Shown here in pieces: positions 11,653-22,386 of a stretch of DNA of 64,000 bases. The DNA is from Trypanosoma brucei (lineage: Eukaryota): positions 576,001 to 640,000 of the forward strand of contig CP000070.1 of NCBI GenBank assembly GCA_000002445.1. Reading direction: 5' to 3'. A model generated the notes under the pieces. That model was not told the DNA's origin. It did not search any database and was given only the letters and a program-made list of their open reading frames with translations. Position 1 is the first letter of the stretch, and the number at the start of each line of letters is the position of its first letter. Made by a program: the position numbers and the translations under genes.

Positions 11653-12546
11653 TTAGTCCACATCCCGCACACTAAAGCGGTAGTGGTTGCTGCGGACCCC
11701 CTCGCCACGATGGTGAAACGGACAGTCCTTCACGGAAACAAATGGGCACTGGCCTAAAGCCCTAACACTCTTCAGCGTAACGAAGGGTCTCAGGGCACTA
11801 ATATGTCTCGCCTCAGATGTCTCCCATTCCTCAATGATGCTCCGATACTGCTCCTCTGAGCGAAAAAGTGACTCGATCGCACGCTGAAAACGCATCTTGG
11901 CCCCAACTATCCTTTCCACACACTGTCGCGAATCGCGTACCCTAAACTCGGCGCGCTGTATCATCCGCCGCTCTTCCTGCTCCTGCTCAATCAGCTGCTC
12001 TACGCGAATGGCAAAGGATTGGGCAAGCCAAGGCCCATTCTTGGCGCGGTACTGCTCTTGCTTCCGCTGAAGAGAGATACGGAATGCTGTGAATGCATTA
12101 ATGCTTTCGACGCTCCCTTCTTCCTTCTGCATAAGGACCATGAACGCCTCCTTCTCTGCTTTAACAAGTTCCTTATACTTCCGCCGCTGCAGCGCCATCA
12201 GACGGCGTGACCTCTCCCTGTCTAGTACCATATTGTCAGATGACCCTACAACGGAATTCTGCCAAACATCCGGCATTCCCCTATCCCAGTACTGGTCCAA
12301 GTAGTAGTTACTGCCATACGCCGTGGAGGCTGTCGTTGCAACATGAGGCAACCCGGGCAAAGATGAGGGATATTCTGACGCCCGCCTATTCGAGTTGGCA
12401 ATGGGCCACGGTGTTGCCATGGCGTCGTCAAAGTTTCCAGGTAGCGTCGGTAAGAGAGATGATCGCATCGTCGTCACAGATCTGCCTCCAATGATTGAAG
12501 ACCCAACGCTCTTCGGCGCGGCACTCATTCTCCCCTTCTGCCCCAT
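11653..12546 (-). CDS. hypothetical protein
   Basis: Minus ORF. First ATG at 12546 (MGQKGRMSAAPKS...); the track start is TTG. Protein-like composition with a charged helical segment (KELVKAEKEAFMVLMQKEEGSVE...). No recognisable domain. Confidence 0.45.
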   Translation of the reverse strand: MGQKGRMSAAPKSVGSSIIGGRSVTTMRSSLLPTLPGNFDDAMATPWPIANSNRRASEYPSSLPGLPHVATTASTAYGSNYYLDQYWDRGMPDVWQNSVVGSSDNMVLDRERSRRLMALQRRKYKELVKAEKEAFMVLMQKEEGSVESINAFTAFRISLQRKQEQYRAKNGPWLAQSFAIRVEQLIEQEQEERRMIQRAEFRVRDSRQCVERIVGAKMRFQRAIESLFRSEEQYRSIIEEWETSEARHISALRPFVTLKSVRALGQCPFVSVKDCPFHHRGEGVRSNHYRFSVRDVD

Positions 12547-13156
12547 CGTTATGGCGAGCGCAGTCGTAGTAAAATTCTTCTTTTTAAGTAGTGATAACAA
12601 CTGTAAATACAGCAAAGGCGAACAAAGGAATAATTAGAAAAACAAAAAGGACTCGAAAAGAGACCCTCAGAGGGAGTACACCTACGAACAAGGAAAACGT
12701 GCACTTCCAAATCAACTAACTTGCTTCACCTGGTTAAAAGTTCGGCTGCACGATAACAAGAATGTACGGAGGGAGAAAGTCACTGTGGTGAAAGAAAAGG
12801 AGGCACAATGAGCATATGCAACGACTCAATTGAAGCAAACAGTATAGGATATATATATATATATATAGTCGGTGAGAACAGATATACAAGCGCGCATGCA
12901 CGAGCACACGCCTATGCCATTTGGGCACTTGACGTTATACACACAGTACAGGAAAATATCGTTAATAAACGGGACATTAAGGAGCAACTTGAAAAAGTCA
13001 GACACCACGAGACAGGAAAGAAAAGAAAAGTGGGGACACCTCGACACTACTGGTGTGTCTTTCACAAAGGCAAAGGTAACAAAAGGAAGAAACCTAACGT
13101 ACAAAAACACGAGGGTTGCTCCACAAGGTCACATAACTTGAAGTCAGTACACTCCA

Positions 13157-13792
13157 TCAGACTGCGAGTAAGGGAAGCATGATTTTACAAAATCCTGAAA
13201 AATTTATCTTACTCTCCCCTTCGTTCAGCAGACCAGCAGCGATACCGTGAGGACTAAGAATTGCTTCGGCCATTCCTTCGCTGATCGCGGCACCAGCAAT
13301 ATGATTACACGCCTCCACGAGGGCACTGCGTGTCATCATATGCCCCGAATCTGCCACACTAGTAAATACGCTGTAAAGGCAGCCCTGCGCCATTCGCTCA
13401 CGCCTTGCGGGTGACGCCCACAAACTATCTAAAACACTGCATACATCCTTCAGCGTTACGTACGACATTTCCGAAAGGGGACGTCCAACTGTCATTAGGA
13501 AGGCATCGCGAATTTCGCGTAAGCTGAGTGCACTTGGTCTCTCCCCCACTTTACCGTCTCCCATTGAATTAGCCGATGGAAACAGTGCGTAGAGTATGGA
13601 AAGTAGGTGCTGACGCGGTATGCGGCCGCTATCATCCTCGTCCCAAGCTATGAAAAGGAGCGAAGCCTGCTGTCTTTTAACCTCATGGAAGGAAAAAGTC
13701 CAGGTAAGAGGAGTTTTCTCTGTTGATTTGGTGGTCTTAACCTTTTTCGCTTTTCCCTTCTTTATTGTACTGTTCACCTTTGCGGTTTTCAT
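13157..13792 (-). CDS. hypothetical protein, possible degenerate EF-hand
   Basis: ATG at 13792 (MKTAKVNSTIKKGKAKK...). The AWDEDDSGRIPRQHLLSIL segment resembles an EF-hand loop, but imperfectly. Lys-rich N-terminus. Confidence 0.4.
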   Translation of the reverse strand: MKTAKVNSTIKKGKAKKVKTTKSTEKTPLTWTFSFHEVKRQQASLLFIAWDEDDSGRIPRQHLLSILYALFPSANSMGDGKVGERPSALSLREIRDAFLMTVGRPLSEMSYVTLKDVCSVLDSLWASPARRERMAQGCLYSVFTSVADSGHMMTRSALVEACNHIAGAAISEGMAEAILSPHGIAAGLLNEGESKINFSGFCKIMLPLLAV

Positions 13793-14575
13793 TGTAGCGT
13801 ACAGACAAGCACACAATCCTTCCCGTCCCCGCTTCCCTCACTAACCGAAGCAACAAAAGCAAATGTCAGATATGAGGGGGAAAAGGTACAACGATGCGAT
13901 TATTCCCATTTTGAAGGAAGTATAATCAAAAAAGCTGCACCGAAACAATGCGACGGCCATACACTAACGCGCATGGATTGCAAGCGCCTCAAAAAGTGGG
14001 CCAAAAAAACACCAGTCGTGATTAAGTTAAATGTAACTGAAGTTTGAGATCCCAAACGGCAATTGCTCTTCCTTTCTATATTCCATTCCTTCACCGCCTG
14101 CTCTCCATCCGGTCATCTTTCCCAGAAGAGCATCCACAAAACGGATCCTTCCACACTCACACACACAAACACAGGCACACAATCCAGCCAACCAAAAAAG
14201 ACGTGATAGACTGCTATTTCCCTTCCTTATCTTTTCCCCCCTTTTTAAACAAAAGTGATTGACGCCGCACCTCTGGTGTCTTTAACTATTATTTTTTCGC
14301 GAACGTTGTTGCAACGCTCGCAATTGGTGCATACACCTGTATTATGTGAGGTACCCCGTTTCCGTCGGTGGCCCCACTGTTGTGACTTTGACCTCTTCGC
14401 ACCCCGCTGAGTGCCAACTGCAACTACTCATCTCCTTTTTTTTTAATCCATGCAGGAACACACCCGCAGCCACTCGGACGAGAGAAGCGGACGACACAAC
14501 CAATGAGTAAATGTCGGTGGCTTGAAAATATACGGAAATTGCAAGTTATTTTAACGGTTTCCGTCACGGCGTGGT

Positions 14576-17500
14576 TCATGACACGAGTCCAGCGGAGCGA
14601 GCTCGAAGCCACGACATCAACAACTGTTGCTCAGCATTGTCAAAAATACCGGCACACGCTTTGGCGGTCGCTGTTGCACAACCCTCACCTCGCCCCGTTG
14701 CCGCCAAAAGGATGCGACCAATAGCCGTAACCTCCAAGGCCCGTGCCACCTCCAGCTCACTTGTGCCCTCCCTCTTTATCTGAAGTAAAACCTCGCCGTC
14801 GTGTTGTTTTGCTCTACGCGCAATTTGCGTAAGAAGATCCTTACGCAATTCCTCCTCCACTAGGCAAACAACTCCTGTTGCAGACATCCAGGCATCTGGC
14901 GACGGTAGCTGCAATAAACGCTGGACCAACTCTGCAGGACCCAATACAACATTCTTCGTATCCGGCATCAAAAATCGCTTTTGTGCAGCTACCACCGCCG
15001 TATCTAGTTCCAAACCGTAATATGACGAGGAATTACCGGATCCAGAAGCAACCCATGCAAGCCTGGACAAAGCCAGGCAACGTGAACGGTGCGTAACTAG
15101 ATCGTCGCCGTAAAGGAAATAAGATGCCGATGATGATGAAGGTAGTCGTGCACCTTCCTCGACTAATGAGTAGAAAGCTTGCGGCCTCATCAACCACAAC
15201 AACTGTGGCGCTTCCTTAGCAAGGAACTCATCGCGCGCAACTGCGCCCGCTTCGTACTGAGGAAGAAGTTCTGGTAAGAGCTGCAATTCCCATTCGCGGC
15301 GTTGGGTCAACAGCGTGCGGAGGGCAACCTCGAATATTTTCGGGTTTCGCTCACAGTATAGGCCGAGCCTATCATACTTGCCGCTAGGTTGCAGTGGGTT
15401 CTCCACTGGCTCAGCAAGGCAAAATGCGGAAACAACATCATCAACTACAAAATCTAACGCGAGTTCTTCGCATAAACGGAGAACACACGCCCCCACAGTC
15501 GTCTCAGTAGGGACCGGTGCGCCAAACGGGTAACCAAGTGGTTCTATCAGGAATGGCTCACGGAAGAGAGTGCTGCGCATGGCACTCGCGAAAAAGGTGG
15601 GACCACCTTCTGAATGGTTACGAAATGTGAAGTGAATGATCACAGCAATGAAATCCAGCAACCGTAGCTGGTCCTGCACAGGTACTAACCAAGACGAAAG
15701 CTCTGACGTATTCATCTTTTCACTTAACGGGTCAGCTGGTGCCGACATAGTTTCCATTTCAGATTTGCTCCACATCAACGAACCTGCCAGTGCATCTGAA
15801 AAGCACTTCGCGGCACTCGACAAGTGAAGCTGAATGCCATAATCACTCGCATCAGAACTTGTCCACATTAATGCTCGCACATTTTGGGGAATGGGACACA
15901 AACTCTCAATATCCTCACGAGACTCATCAATTGCCCGGGCTACAAGAACAAAGACTGATGCGACCGATAAAGCATCGTCGAATTTCGAGCGCCTGTCAAT
16001 CAACACACTGCCCTGAGTTTCATGGAGATTGTCACAAAGTACCTGTAGCAGCTGACTTAGTCGACTTGGGTCCCCAAAGACGATCTCCGCAGAAGTAGCC
16101 TGCGCACACATTGAGTTTGCGCTGGAGAGCTCACTTCGTGCTTGATCTGCAACGCAATTGATAGCTCTCCGCAAAAGCAGTTGGCACCGTTCACGCTCCA
16201 CAGCACTGCGCACCAACCGTCGGTAGTCTTCCACCGAACAACTGTCTCCATTTTGTGATAAGTTAGCCGCGAGCAGGGAGCTGTTGATGTTGTTACTACC
16301 TGCAGAAGCAAGTTGATAGAGTGGTGTCATTACTTCGAACCCCTCCACTGTTGTGGTTGCAGATGATGAACAGTGGGTTGTGTCATTCTGTAGCCGTCTA
16401 ATGGCAACCATTACCAGAAGCGCCTCCTGCATCGATAGGAGTCTGGCAATGGTTTGCGGTTGAAGGCGAAGTGCAATTTCCTTGTGAAGCAGCACAGTCA
16501 GAAGGAAGCGACGGTGTTCTTGCTGCCTCTGCACTACGCTATGGGTTACGTGCATAATAATGTTGTCATCCTCTATATTGAGGTCAGCCCGTGCCCAATT
16601 GCCCTTGTGGGGGGTGCTGTAGAGGCAAATGGCCTCACCCGCGTCCAGAACGGCAGAATCAATGGACATCTTACAGTCGATGCGGAGGCTATCCAGGAGA
16701 TTATTGAGGAGGCGAGTAACGTCATTAAGACCATCACGGCCTCCGGTAAAGCGTGATTGTTTCCATGCATCACTATTTTGTCGTATCCCGCTGCCTCTGC
16801 TGCCTCGGTCGTCGGCGGCCTCTCTAGAATCCTCCGCAGCCTCATGCAGTAACTCATCAGCTCTGGTGTTGGAGACTACTGGTCCGTTGATTCCCATCGT
16901 AACAATATGTCCATCCGGAAGAAGCGCACTCACAATAGGGAATTCAACGTTTCTCAACATGTGCACATCCTCACTGGAACAAGGATTTCGCACACCTAAA
17001 TCATTGTTTAGAAACACACAGCATTGCCCCGAAAGAATGGTTATCATATGCGAAGACTCATCCAAATAGATTTTCGTGTGGTGCAACGGTGCGCTGGCCA
17101 CACTGTGTGCAAGCAGCGCGATAGACTGCATACTGACCACCCGTCGCACAGCGCCCGTGCTCGGCTCCATTGTTACGACTTCCAAACTAGCATCCCAGCG
17201 GCTGCAAGAAAACAGATACACCAGGCAACACAAAGACAACGGAGTTTCGTCAAATGCCACTACGCGCCCTCGCCGCTGTAGCACCGAGGAAATGTTTGTA
17301 ATCCACTTGGCTCGTATACCACCCTCTGCGCTGCCGTTATTTTTCGGGCGTCGTCGTCGCAGAGGGCCAATATCTAGGAGAAAGAACTCCGATGCTGCAT
17401 TTACTGCCCATAGTTGTGTTGGGTGCTCCCCCCGAAATCGCAGCAACGTAAACTCCAGCCTGCTTCCGTCTGCTTCGTCATTGTTACTTTCCCTACTGTC

Positions 17501-18187
17501 CGTTGAGAGCAACCGTTTTGGTAGAAAGGAACTCCACCAAGAACCTCCAGATGACGACGTTGACGTCCGGACAGACACATTACAAGAGGTACGTTCAAAG
17601 CTAATCACGAAGCGCTCACCATCAATTTTAATTGCAACAAATATCGCGCCCGACAACGTACCCACAGCCGTCAGCGTTGCCTGCTGCTCCCTCCTGCAAG
17701 CGAAAGCCGAAACCTTAACGGGTTCATTTTCAGTGCTTACCTGAAACTCGACAGAGTGGTCAAGACTCGACACAACACCGTAATCTGTGCAAAAGGCAAT
17801 TGATTCGTCGTTCGGCCCAAGTTCCGTAACAAACAGTGGAAGACCTTCACTCTCCGTAAAAAAAGGAATATGGGCGACACGAGGGGCAGTGCGGTGCCAA
17901 AAAGGTTTTCGCATATCCCACACACGTAATAGCCGCGTGTTCTCATCAACCATCCAACAACTGTTAGTACCGATGCCGGACAGAAAGATGGAGGGCCGAA
18001 CAGACACACCACCAACACGTATATCGGCTTCAGCAATTGTGACAGGTCGCACCTGACCGACGGGGAAAGGACTAACAGCAGTAACAGATGGAGTTGTGAG
18101 CTGACTGACATCACACCCCAGCTCAGTGCTTCCAAGAGGAGAGCGCTCCGTACGAGCAGCCTTAGCAGGAGGAAGGAAAGCGAACAT
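14576..18187 (-). CDS. large (~1200 aa) protein with predicted N-terminal beta-propeller-like region and long alpha-helical C-terminal region; candidate Nup133/Nup155-class nucleoporin (TbNup132-like)
   Basis: Uninterrupted 3.6-kb minus ORF. First ATG at 18187 (track start 18214 is GTG). The N-terminal ~450 aa is rich in short beta-strand-like segments. The C-terminal ~700 aa is leucine-rich and helical. The size (~132 kDa) and architecture match outer-ring scaffold nucleoporins. The product call comes from architecture and size, not from a motif. Confidence 0.4.
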   Translation of the reverse strand: MFAFLPPAKAARTERSPLGSTELGCDVSQLTTPSVTAVSPFPVGQVRPVTIAEADIRVGGVSVRPSIFLSGIGTNSCWMVDENTRLLRVWDMRKPFWHRTAPRVAHIPFFTESEGLPLFVTELGPNDESIAFCTDYGVVSSLDHSVEFQVSTENEPVKVSAFACRREQQATLTAVGTLSGAIFVAIKIDGERFVISFERTSCNVSVRTSTSSSGGSWWSSFLPKRLLSTDSRESNNDEADGSRLEFTLLRFRGEHPTQLWAVNAASEFFLLDIGPLRRRRPKNNGSAEGGIRAKWITNISSVLQRRGRVVAFDETPLSLCCLVYLFSCSRWDASLEVVTMEPSTGAVRRVVSMQSIALLAHSVASAPLHHTKIYLDESSHMITILSGQCCVFLNNDLGVRNPCSSEDVHMLRNVEFPIVSALLPDGHIVTMGINGPVVSNTRADELLHEAAEDSREAADDRGSRGSGIRQNSDAWKQSRFTGGRDGLNDVTRLLNNLLDSLRIDCKMSIDSAVLDAGEAICLYSTPHKGNWARADLNIEDDNIIMHVTHSVVQRQQEHRRFLLTVLLHKEIALRLQPQTIARLLSMQEALLVMVAIRRLQNDTTHCSSSATTTVEGFEVMTPLYQLASAGSNNINSSLLAANLSQNGDSCSVEDYRRLVRSAVERERCQLLLRRAINCVADQARSELSSANSMCAQATSAEIVFGDPSRLSQLLQVLCDNLHETQGSVLIDRRSKFDDALSVASVFVLVARAIDESREDIESLCPIPQNVRALMWTSSDASDYGIQLHLSSAAKCFSDALAGSLMWSKSEMETMSAPADPLSEKMNTSELSSWLVPVQDQLRLLDFIAVIIHFTFRNHSEGGPTFFASAMRSTLFREPFLIEPLGYPFGAPVPTETTVGACVLRLCEELALDFVVDDVVSAFCLAEPVENPLQPSGKYDRLGLYCERNPKIFEVALRTLLTQRREWELQLLPELLPQYEAGAVARDEFLAKEAPQLLWLMRPQAFYSLVEEGARLPSSSSASYFLYGDDLVTHRSRCLALSRLAWVASGSGNSSSYYGLELDTAVVAAQKRFLMPDTKNVVLGPAELVQRLLQLPSPDAWMSATGVVCLVEEELRKDLLTQIARRAKQHDGEVLLQIKREGTSELEVARALEVTAIGRILLAATGRGEGCATATAKACAGIFDNAEQQLLMSWLRARSAGLVS

Positions 18188-18532
18188 TAAATTACCCAAA
18201 TGGAAGGTAACCACAATTTCTCCCGCTTCAAAGCCGTTTCCTTTATATATATATCTTCAGCTTTAAAACCCACTGAGCACACCTCACTCTCAGTACACTC
18301 TGTTCCCTGAAGCTGTTGCCTCTTCGTGTCCCTCTGTTCTAAACAAATGACTACGATTTCGTCCACAAGCCCGTGTGCTCCCCTGCGTACGAACTGCTCC
18401 ACCAAACCTTAACTTTGTGATTCCCCACGAAAAGCAAAAGCAAAAGTGGTACGAAAAAAAAGAAGAAAAAGAAGGAATACATATATGTAGTAGTTTAGGA
18501 GAGGAAATTATTGTGACATAGTGTGTGTTTAA

Positions 18533-18545
18533 GGGGGGGGGGGGG
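18533..18545. repeat. G13 homopolymer (C13 on coding strand)
   Basis: aagggggggggggggtcgcc. Lies ~350 nt upstream (on the minus strand) of the large Nup-like ORF. Confidence 0.95.
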
Positions 18546-18765
18546 TCGCCGCGACGGGGGCGTGCACGAACGCTGCAGTGGTTAAAACGGGGAAACTTCG
18601 AACAGTGAGCGCTCGAATTGAAGATCTAACACACACTAAACGATTGGTGGTAAAAATATCCCATATCATTCCACCTTTTGGTGGTGACATTTTCAGCCGC
18701 AGCCGGTGTGCTACTTTGTGAACCCTCACCTATGCGTATGTGTGTTCTATCAGCCCGCAATACGT

Positions 18766-20031
18766 CTATCTCTCCTCTGCAGGATCTCGCCCCATTTCCT
18801 GCAGCATACGCTGTAAAGGTGCCAACCACTTTTCATCCATATGACGGTGCAGTAGCATATCCTGCAGTTTGGGTGGATCACTTACAGGGTCGAATGTTGG
18901 CACGTTATCCCACTCCAATGGGCAGCACAACGAACCCGTAGCAGGGTGTACACAAAAGGGTAGCTTCAACAAGTGGTCACGGCGCGTACTCACGTGCTCA
19001 TCCAACCGGGGGTACATGAGTAGAATTTGGGCAGCAGCGATCACATTCGTCGCCGCGTCTCCAAGTGTCCGCAGAACATATGTCCAGTCGAGGATATTCC
19101 CCTCCTCAAATGGTACGTTCCGCAAAAAACGCTGTTCGACATCGCGGCGTGTGCCCATTTTTAGTGCCGAAACAATCGCCTTATAGACAATTCGAGCACC
19201 CTTCGGGTGAGTAACGCGGTTTGGATTTTCCGGAGTAGAGTTGAGAAACAGCGATGTGAAGGCTGGATCAAGTACTGTGGCCTGCACATGTTGGATGGTG
19301 GGATGAATAGGTTTGCCGTTTACAAAGTCTGCCACGACTGCATGCTGTGATGCTTTGGGCACAACAACGGTAAGGTAAGATACAAGAGCTGACCGCTCGT
19401 CATCGTGCATTTTGCACGCACGCTTATCACACACCCAAAGATGAATTCCACGGCGACCAGAGAACACAGGAAACAGATACCGGAACCCAAAATCATCCTC
19501 CAGCACCTTCCGCAACACAGCTGCGGCACACGACATCCACGTCCAGCACCACCGGCATATAGATTTTCCAGTACAACAAGAACGAGAATTGTCGTAGTCG
19601 CTCATATCGATATCAAACACGAGCTCACGCTCCACCGGAACAATTGTCCCCACTTTCTGCTTTTGGTTTGGACGAATGTTGTAGACGGCCCCGACGTCAA
19701 TTTTCTCCGGAAACGAACGGATGAGCTCACGACGAAGTTCCGTTACACTACTGTAACTCCTAAAGCGTGTGAAAATATCTCCCAGTAAAGTGAAACAGAA
19801 TTCGCGGCGCGCCAAATATCCATCTGCACTACTAGTACTTCCCCGGCCCCCTTCAGTAACATCCTCCCCCGTTGATGGCAACACCTTAGGATCGTTACCG
19901 TTTGCAACGCTACCTGGTGGGGAAGAGATGATCTTGTCCGCATGTTGAAGGTTATATGACAACCACTGCACCACAAGGTCTACGGGATATACGAATTCGT
20001 AGAATTCTCGTAGCGATGTTTCGTCTATCAT
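18766..20031 (-). CDS. PRI1: DNA primase small (catalytic) subunit
   Basis: Diagnostic eukaryotic/archaeal PriS motifs: RELVFDIDMSDYD...RSCCTGKSICRWCW (catalytic Asp triad + Zn knuckle) and FSGRRGIHLWVCD. ATG at 20031 (MIDETSLREFYEFVYPVDLV); the track start 20070 is TTG. Confidence 0.88.
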   Translation of the reverse strand: MIDETSLREFYEFVYPVDLVVQWLSYNLQHADKIISSPPGSVANGNDPKVLPSTGEDVTEGGRGSTSSADGYLARREFCFTLLGDIFTRFRSYSSVTELRRELIRSFPEKIDVGAVYNIRPNQKQKVGTIVPVERELVFDIDMSDYDNSRSCCTGKSICRWCWTWMSCAAAVLRKVLEDDFGFRYLFPVFSGRRGIHLWVCDKRACKMHDDERSALVSYLTVVVPKASQHAVVADFVNGKPIHPTIQHVQATVLDPAFTSLFLNSTPENPNRVTHPKGARIVYKAIVSALKMGTRRDVEQRFLRNVPFEEGNILDWTYVLRTLGDAATNVIAAAQILLMYPRLDEHVSTRRDHLLKLPFCVHPATGSLCCPLEWDNVPTFDPVSDPPKLQDMLLHRHMDEKWLAPLQRMLQEMGRDPAEER

Positions 20032-20568
20032 AGCAGAACTTAATATCTTCCCAATTAAGTCTTTAAACAAGCGAGGAGAACAGAAAAAATACCGGTGAGA
20101 AAAAAGGGGAAAGTGACTTTATTTTTTGTTTTTCACTCCAAAATCCGTGCGTCACCGACCTACAATGGAACGTTCCACGAGCAAAGAGGAAAGTACGGCT
20201 GACACAATTTTTTTAAAGGGTGCAAGCAAAAACAAGGCACCGTCCGAAACAGGAGGTAAGGGGAAAGTACCGCACCGCTACGAAGAAACACGTTAAATGG
20301 AAACTTCGTGAACACGCAAATAATAGCACAAGTGATTCGGATAAAGGTACATAGGAATACAGGTTATACATTCGGGTTGTGTGGTACGTAGGGAAACACA
20401 AAAAAAGATCTAAAAAGATAATGGGGATACTTGAGCATGCCAACACACCGCTCCCTCGTGCGCACCCCCCCCCTCCCTAATCCCGTTTTCTTTAGTCTTG
20501 TTCCACAGGGACACTTCATCCCCTCACCCCTTCGGTGGCGAACAAACGTTAGTGTGACACATCGCGTA

Positions 20569-22386
20569 TCACTTGACACGACTGCAACCCTCGTGTGATT
20601 TCTGCCGCATGTTGCTCGCATCATTCAGAACATCGTTTACCAATGTTTTACGATATTTGCTCCATTTCCGTTGTCTCTCGTAGTGGATCTCAATGTCTTC
20701 ACGGGATGGATATCCATTGGCAAACTCCTTCAACTGGGCATACTCACGCGCACCAAAGAGTTCCCTGCAACGATCGTAAGGTAACATGTAAAAAACACAT
20801 GGGCATCTTGTGTACACACTCGCCTGTCGCCCCATTGTAGGCTGTGGAAACATAGAAAATTTATTGGTTGGTTCTAAACCGAGGGCGAATGATGTAGGAT
20901 CTCCTTCGATCCCCCTTGGTGATGGTGATCCACTGGAAAGAGGTTGCAACACTTTCTGCAACGGCAACTCCCCATCTAAGGGTGCATAATCGGTCGGCGC
21001 ATCCTTTGCAGCAGCAAGTGTGTTTCGCCAGTAGGCCTCAGACCGGATTTTCTCTACGTCAGGTTTCCTATCAACCTCATGACTAAGTAACCCCAATTCC
21101 CCAAAGAATTCACCCTCGCGCAACGTGGCGACCTCCACAAATTTCATAGTCTGCGATGGCAAATTGTGTTGTTGGCCGCGTGGTACTGACGAGGGAAAGT
21201 GGCCAAACGATGTCACCGATTCATTGAGTTGGCGTGACTGCCTCGCTTTTGCACCAGTAGAGGGAAAACAGGTAACACTGCCCTCATGCACTCGTCTACC
21301 GTAGCGCGCGCGACCACGTGGTAGTGGTACATTACGAACAACTACGCATTGCCCCTCTTTTATAAAGTACATAGCATCCGATTCCATATCCTGCTCAACT
21401 ACCATTTGTCGCCAGGATACACGCAGCGGCACAAGTGCACGGGCACATCTTTCGTATTCTTGCGGTGTCCAGTGCGTTAAAACTTTCACACGAAGATGCT
21501 GCTGCAGAAAGGTGGTCTGTTCTTGCACCAGGCGCTTGTCCAGACGTTTGAGCACTCCGTCCATCACGTATTCCTTGTTCCTTGGGAAGCAAAGAAGTAC
21601 GCAATCTGAACATGTTTGGTAGTAGGCATCCTCCGGTAGAGCTGCTAGTGTCGTCGGAAGACCAAACATCTCGTACGGTTCGACAAGTGCATCCATTGGG
21701 CATTTAAACGGGAGGCGCAGTAAAACATTACCACGTAGTAAAACGTAAACGTACCTCGCCATATCATGCCTCGCGCTACTTTTCGAAGGAGAACAACTAC
21801 TGTCATCCCGTCCCTGCTCTGATGCTTCTTGCGCGCTAGTTACCTCCCTCTCTGCTTTTGGTGCCAAGTCCACATCAGAACTCCAGCCGGCGGTTGTGGC
21901 AGTGTCCTCATTTACCACCAACGAGTAGCGGTCAATGTAATCCATCGTTTCTACGTTTGCCTCGGTTTTCCGAGGTTGGTTCCCCGCAAGCACCACACCA
22001 TCACCCACGTGTGCTATTCGCATCGTTGAGGACATGGTCTCTAAGTCTCTTAACGAAAGATCCTTTAGTCTCGGAATCCGCCGCAGCATATTGACGGCAA
22101 GTTCTTTGCTAGAGTCTGTGCGGTACACAAAAGGATGCTCAAGACTGCGTTCCACAGCCATCCACAACTCACGTTCCTGACGCTCCTGTTGAGAAATGCG
22201 CTCCATCGTGTTGCATGCCTTGGGTTTGGCACGTCTTGCCCCCGCAGTCGCAACTCCTGGAATTAATGGAAATTGGGTTCCTTCTGCCGCCGCAAGCGCA
22301 CCATTGCATGCTCTTTTCTCCGCATTTTCCAATGCCTCATTCAATATACGCCTCTCGGCTGGTGTGAGCTGATTGACGATGCTCAT
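20569..22386 (-). CDS. cyclic-nucleotide-binding (CNB) domain-containing protein, no catalytic domain recognised
   Basis: 605 aa with an ATG start. CNB-fold signature: YFIKEGQCVVV ... (long insert) ... EGEFFGELGLLSHE ... TRCPCVFYMLPYDRCRELFG, matching the FGE[LI]AL(L) phosphate-binding cassette. No kinase, PDE or channel domain is evident. Confidence 0.6.
   Translation of the reverse strand: MSIVNQLTPAERRILNEALENAEKRACNGALAAAEGTQFPLIPGVATAGARRAKPKACNTMERISQQERQERELWMAVERSLEHPFVYRTDSSKELAVNMLRRIPRLKDLSLRDLETMSSTMRIAHVGDGVVLAGNQPRKTEANVETMDYIDRYSLVVNEDTATTAGWSSDVDLAPKAEREVTSAQEASEQGRDDSSCSPSKSSARHDMARYVYVLLRGNVLLRLPFKCPMDALVEPYEMFGLPTTLAALPEDAYYQTCSDCVLLCFPRNKEYVMDGVLKRLDKRLVQEQTTFLQQHLRVKVLTHWTPQEYERCARALVPLRVSWRQMVVEQDMESDAMYFIKEGQCVVVRNVPLPRGRARYGRRVHEGSVTCFPSTGAKARQSRQLNESVTSFGHFPSSVPRGQQHNLPSQTMKFVEVATLREGEFFGELGLLSHEVDRKPDVEKIRSEAYWRNTLAAAKDAPTDYAPLDGELPLQKVLQPLSSGSPSPRGIEGDPTSFALGLEPTNKFSMFPQPTMGRQASVYTRCPCVFYMLPYDRCRELFGAREYAQLKEFANGYPSREDIEIHYERQRKWSKYRKTLVNDVLNDASNMRQKSHEGCSRVK

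Noticed and set aside
17076-17744. 222-aa plus-strand ORF
   Set aside because: Lies entirely antisense inside the 3.6-kb minus gene. Composition is not protein-like and no motif was found.
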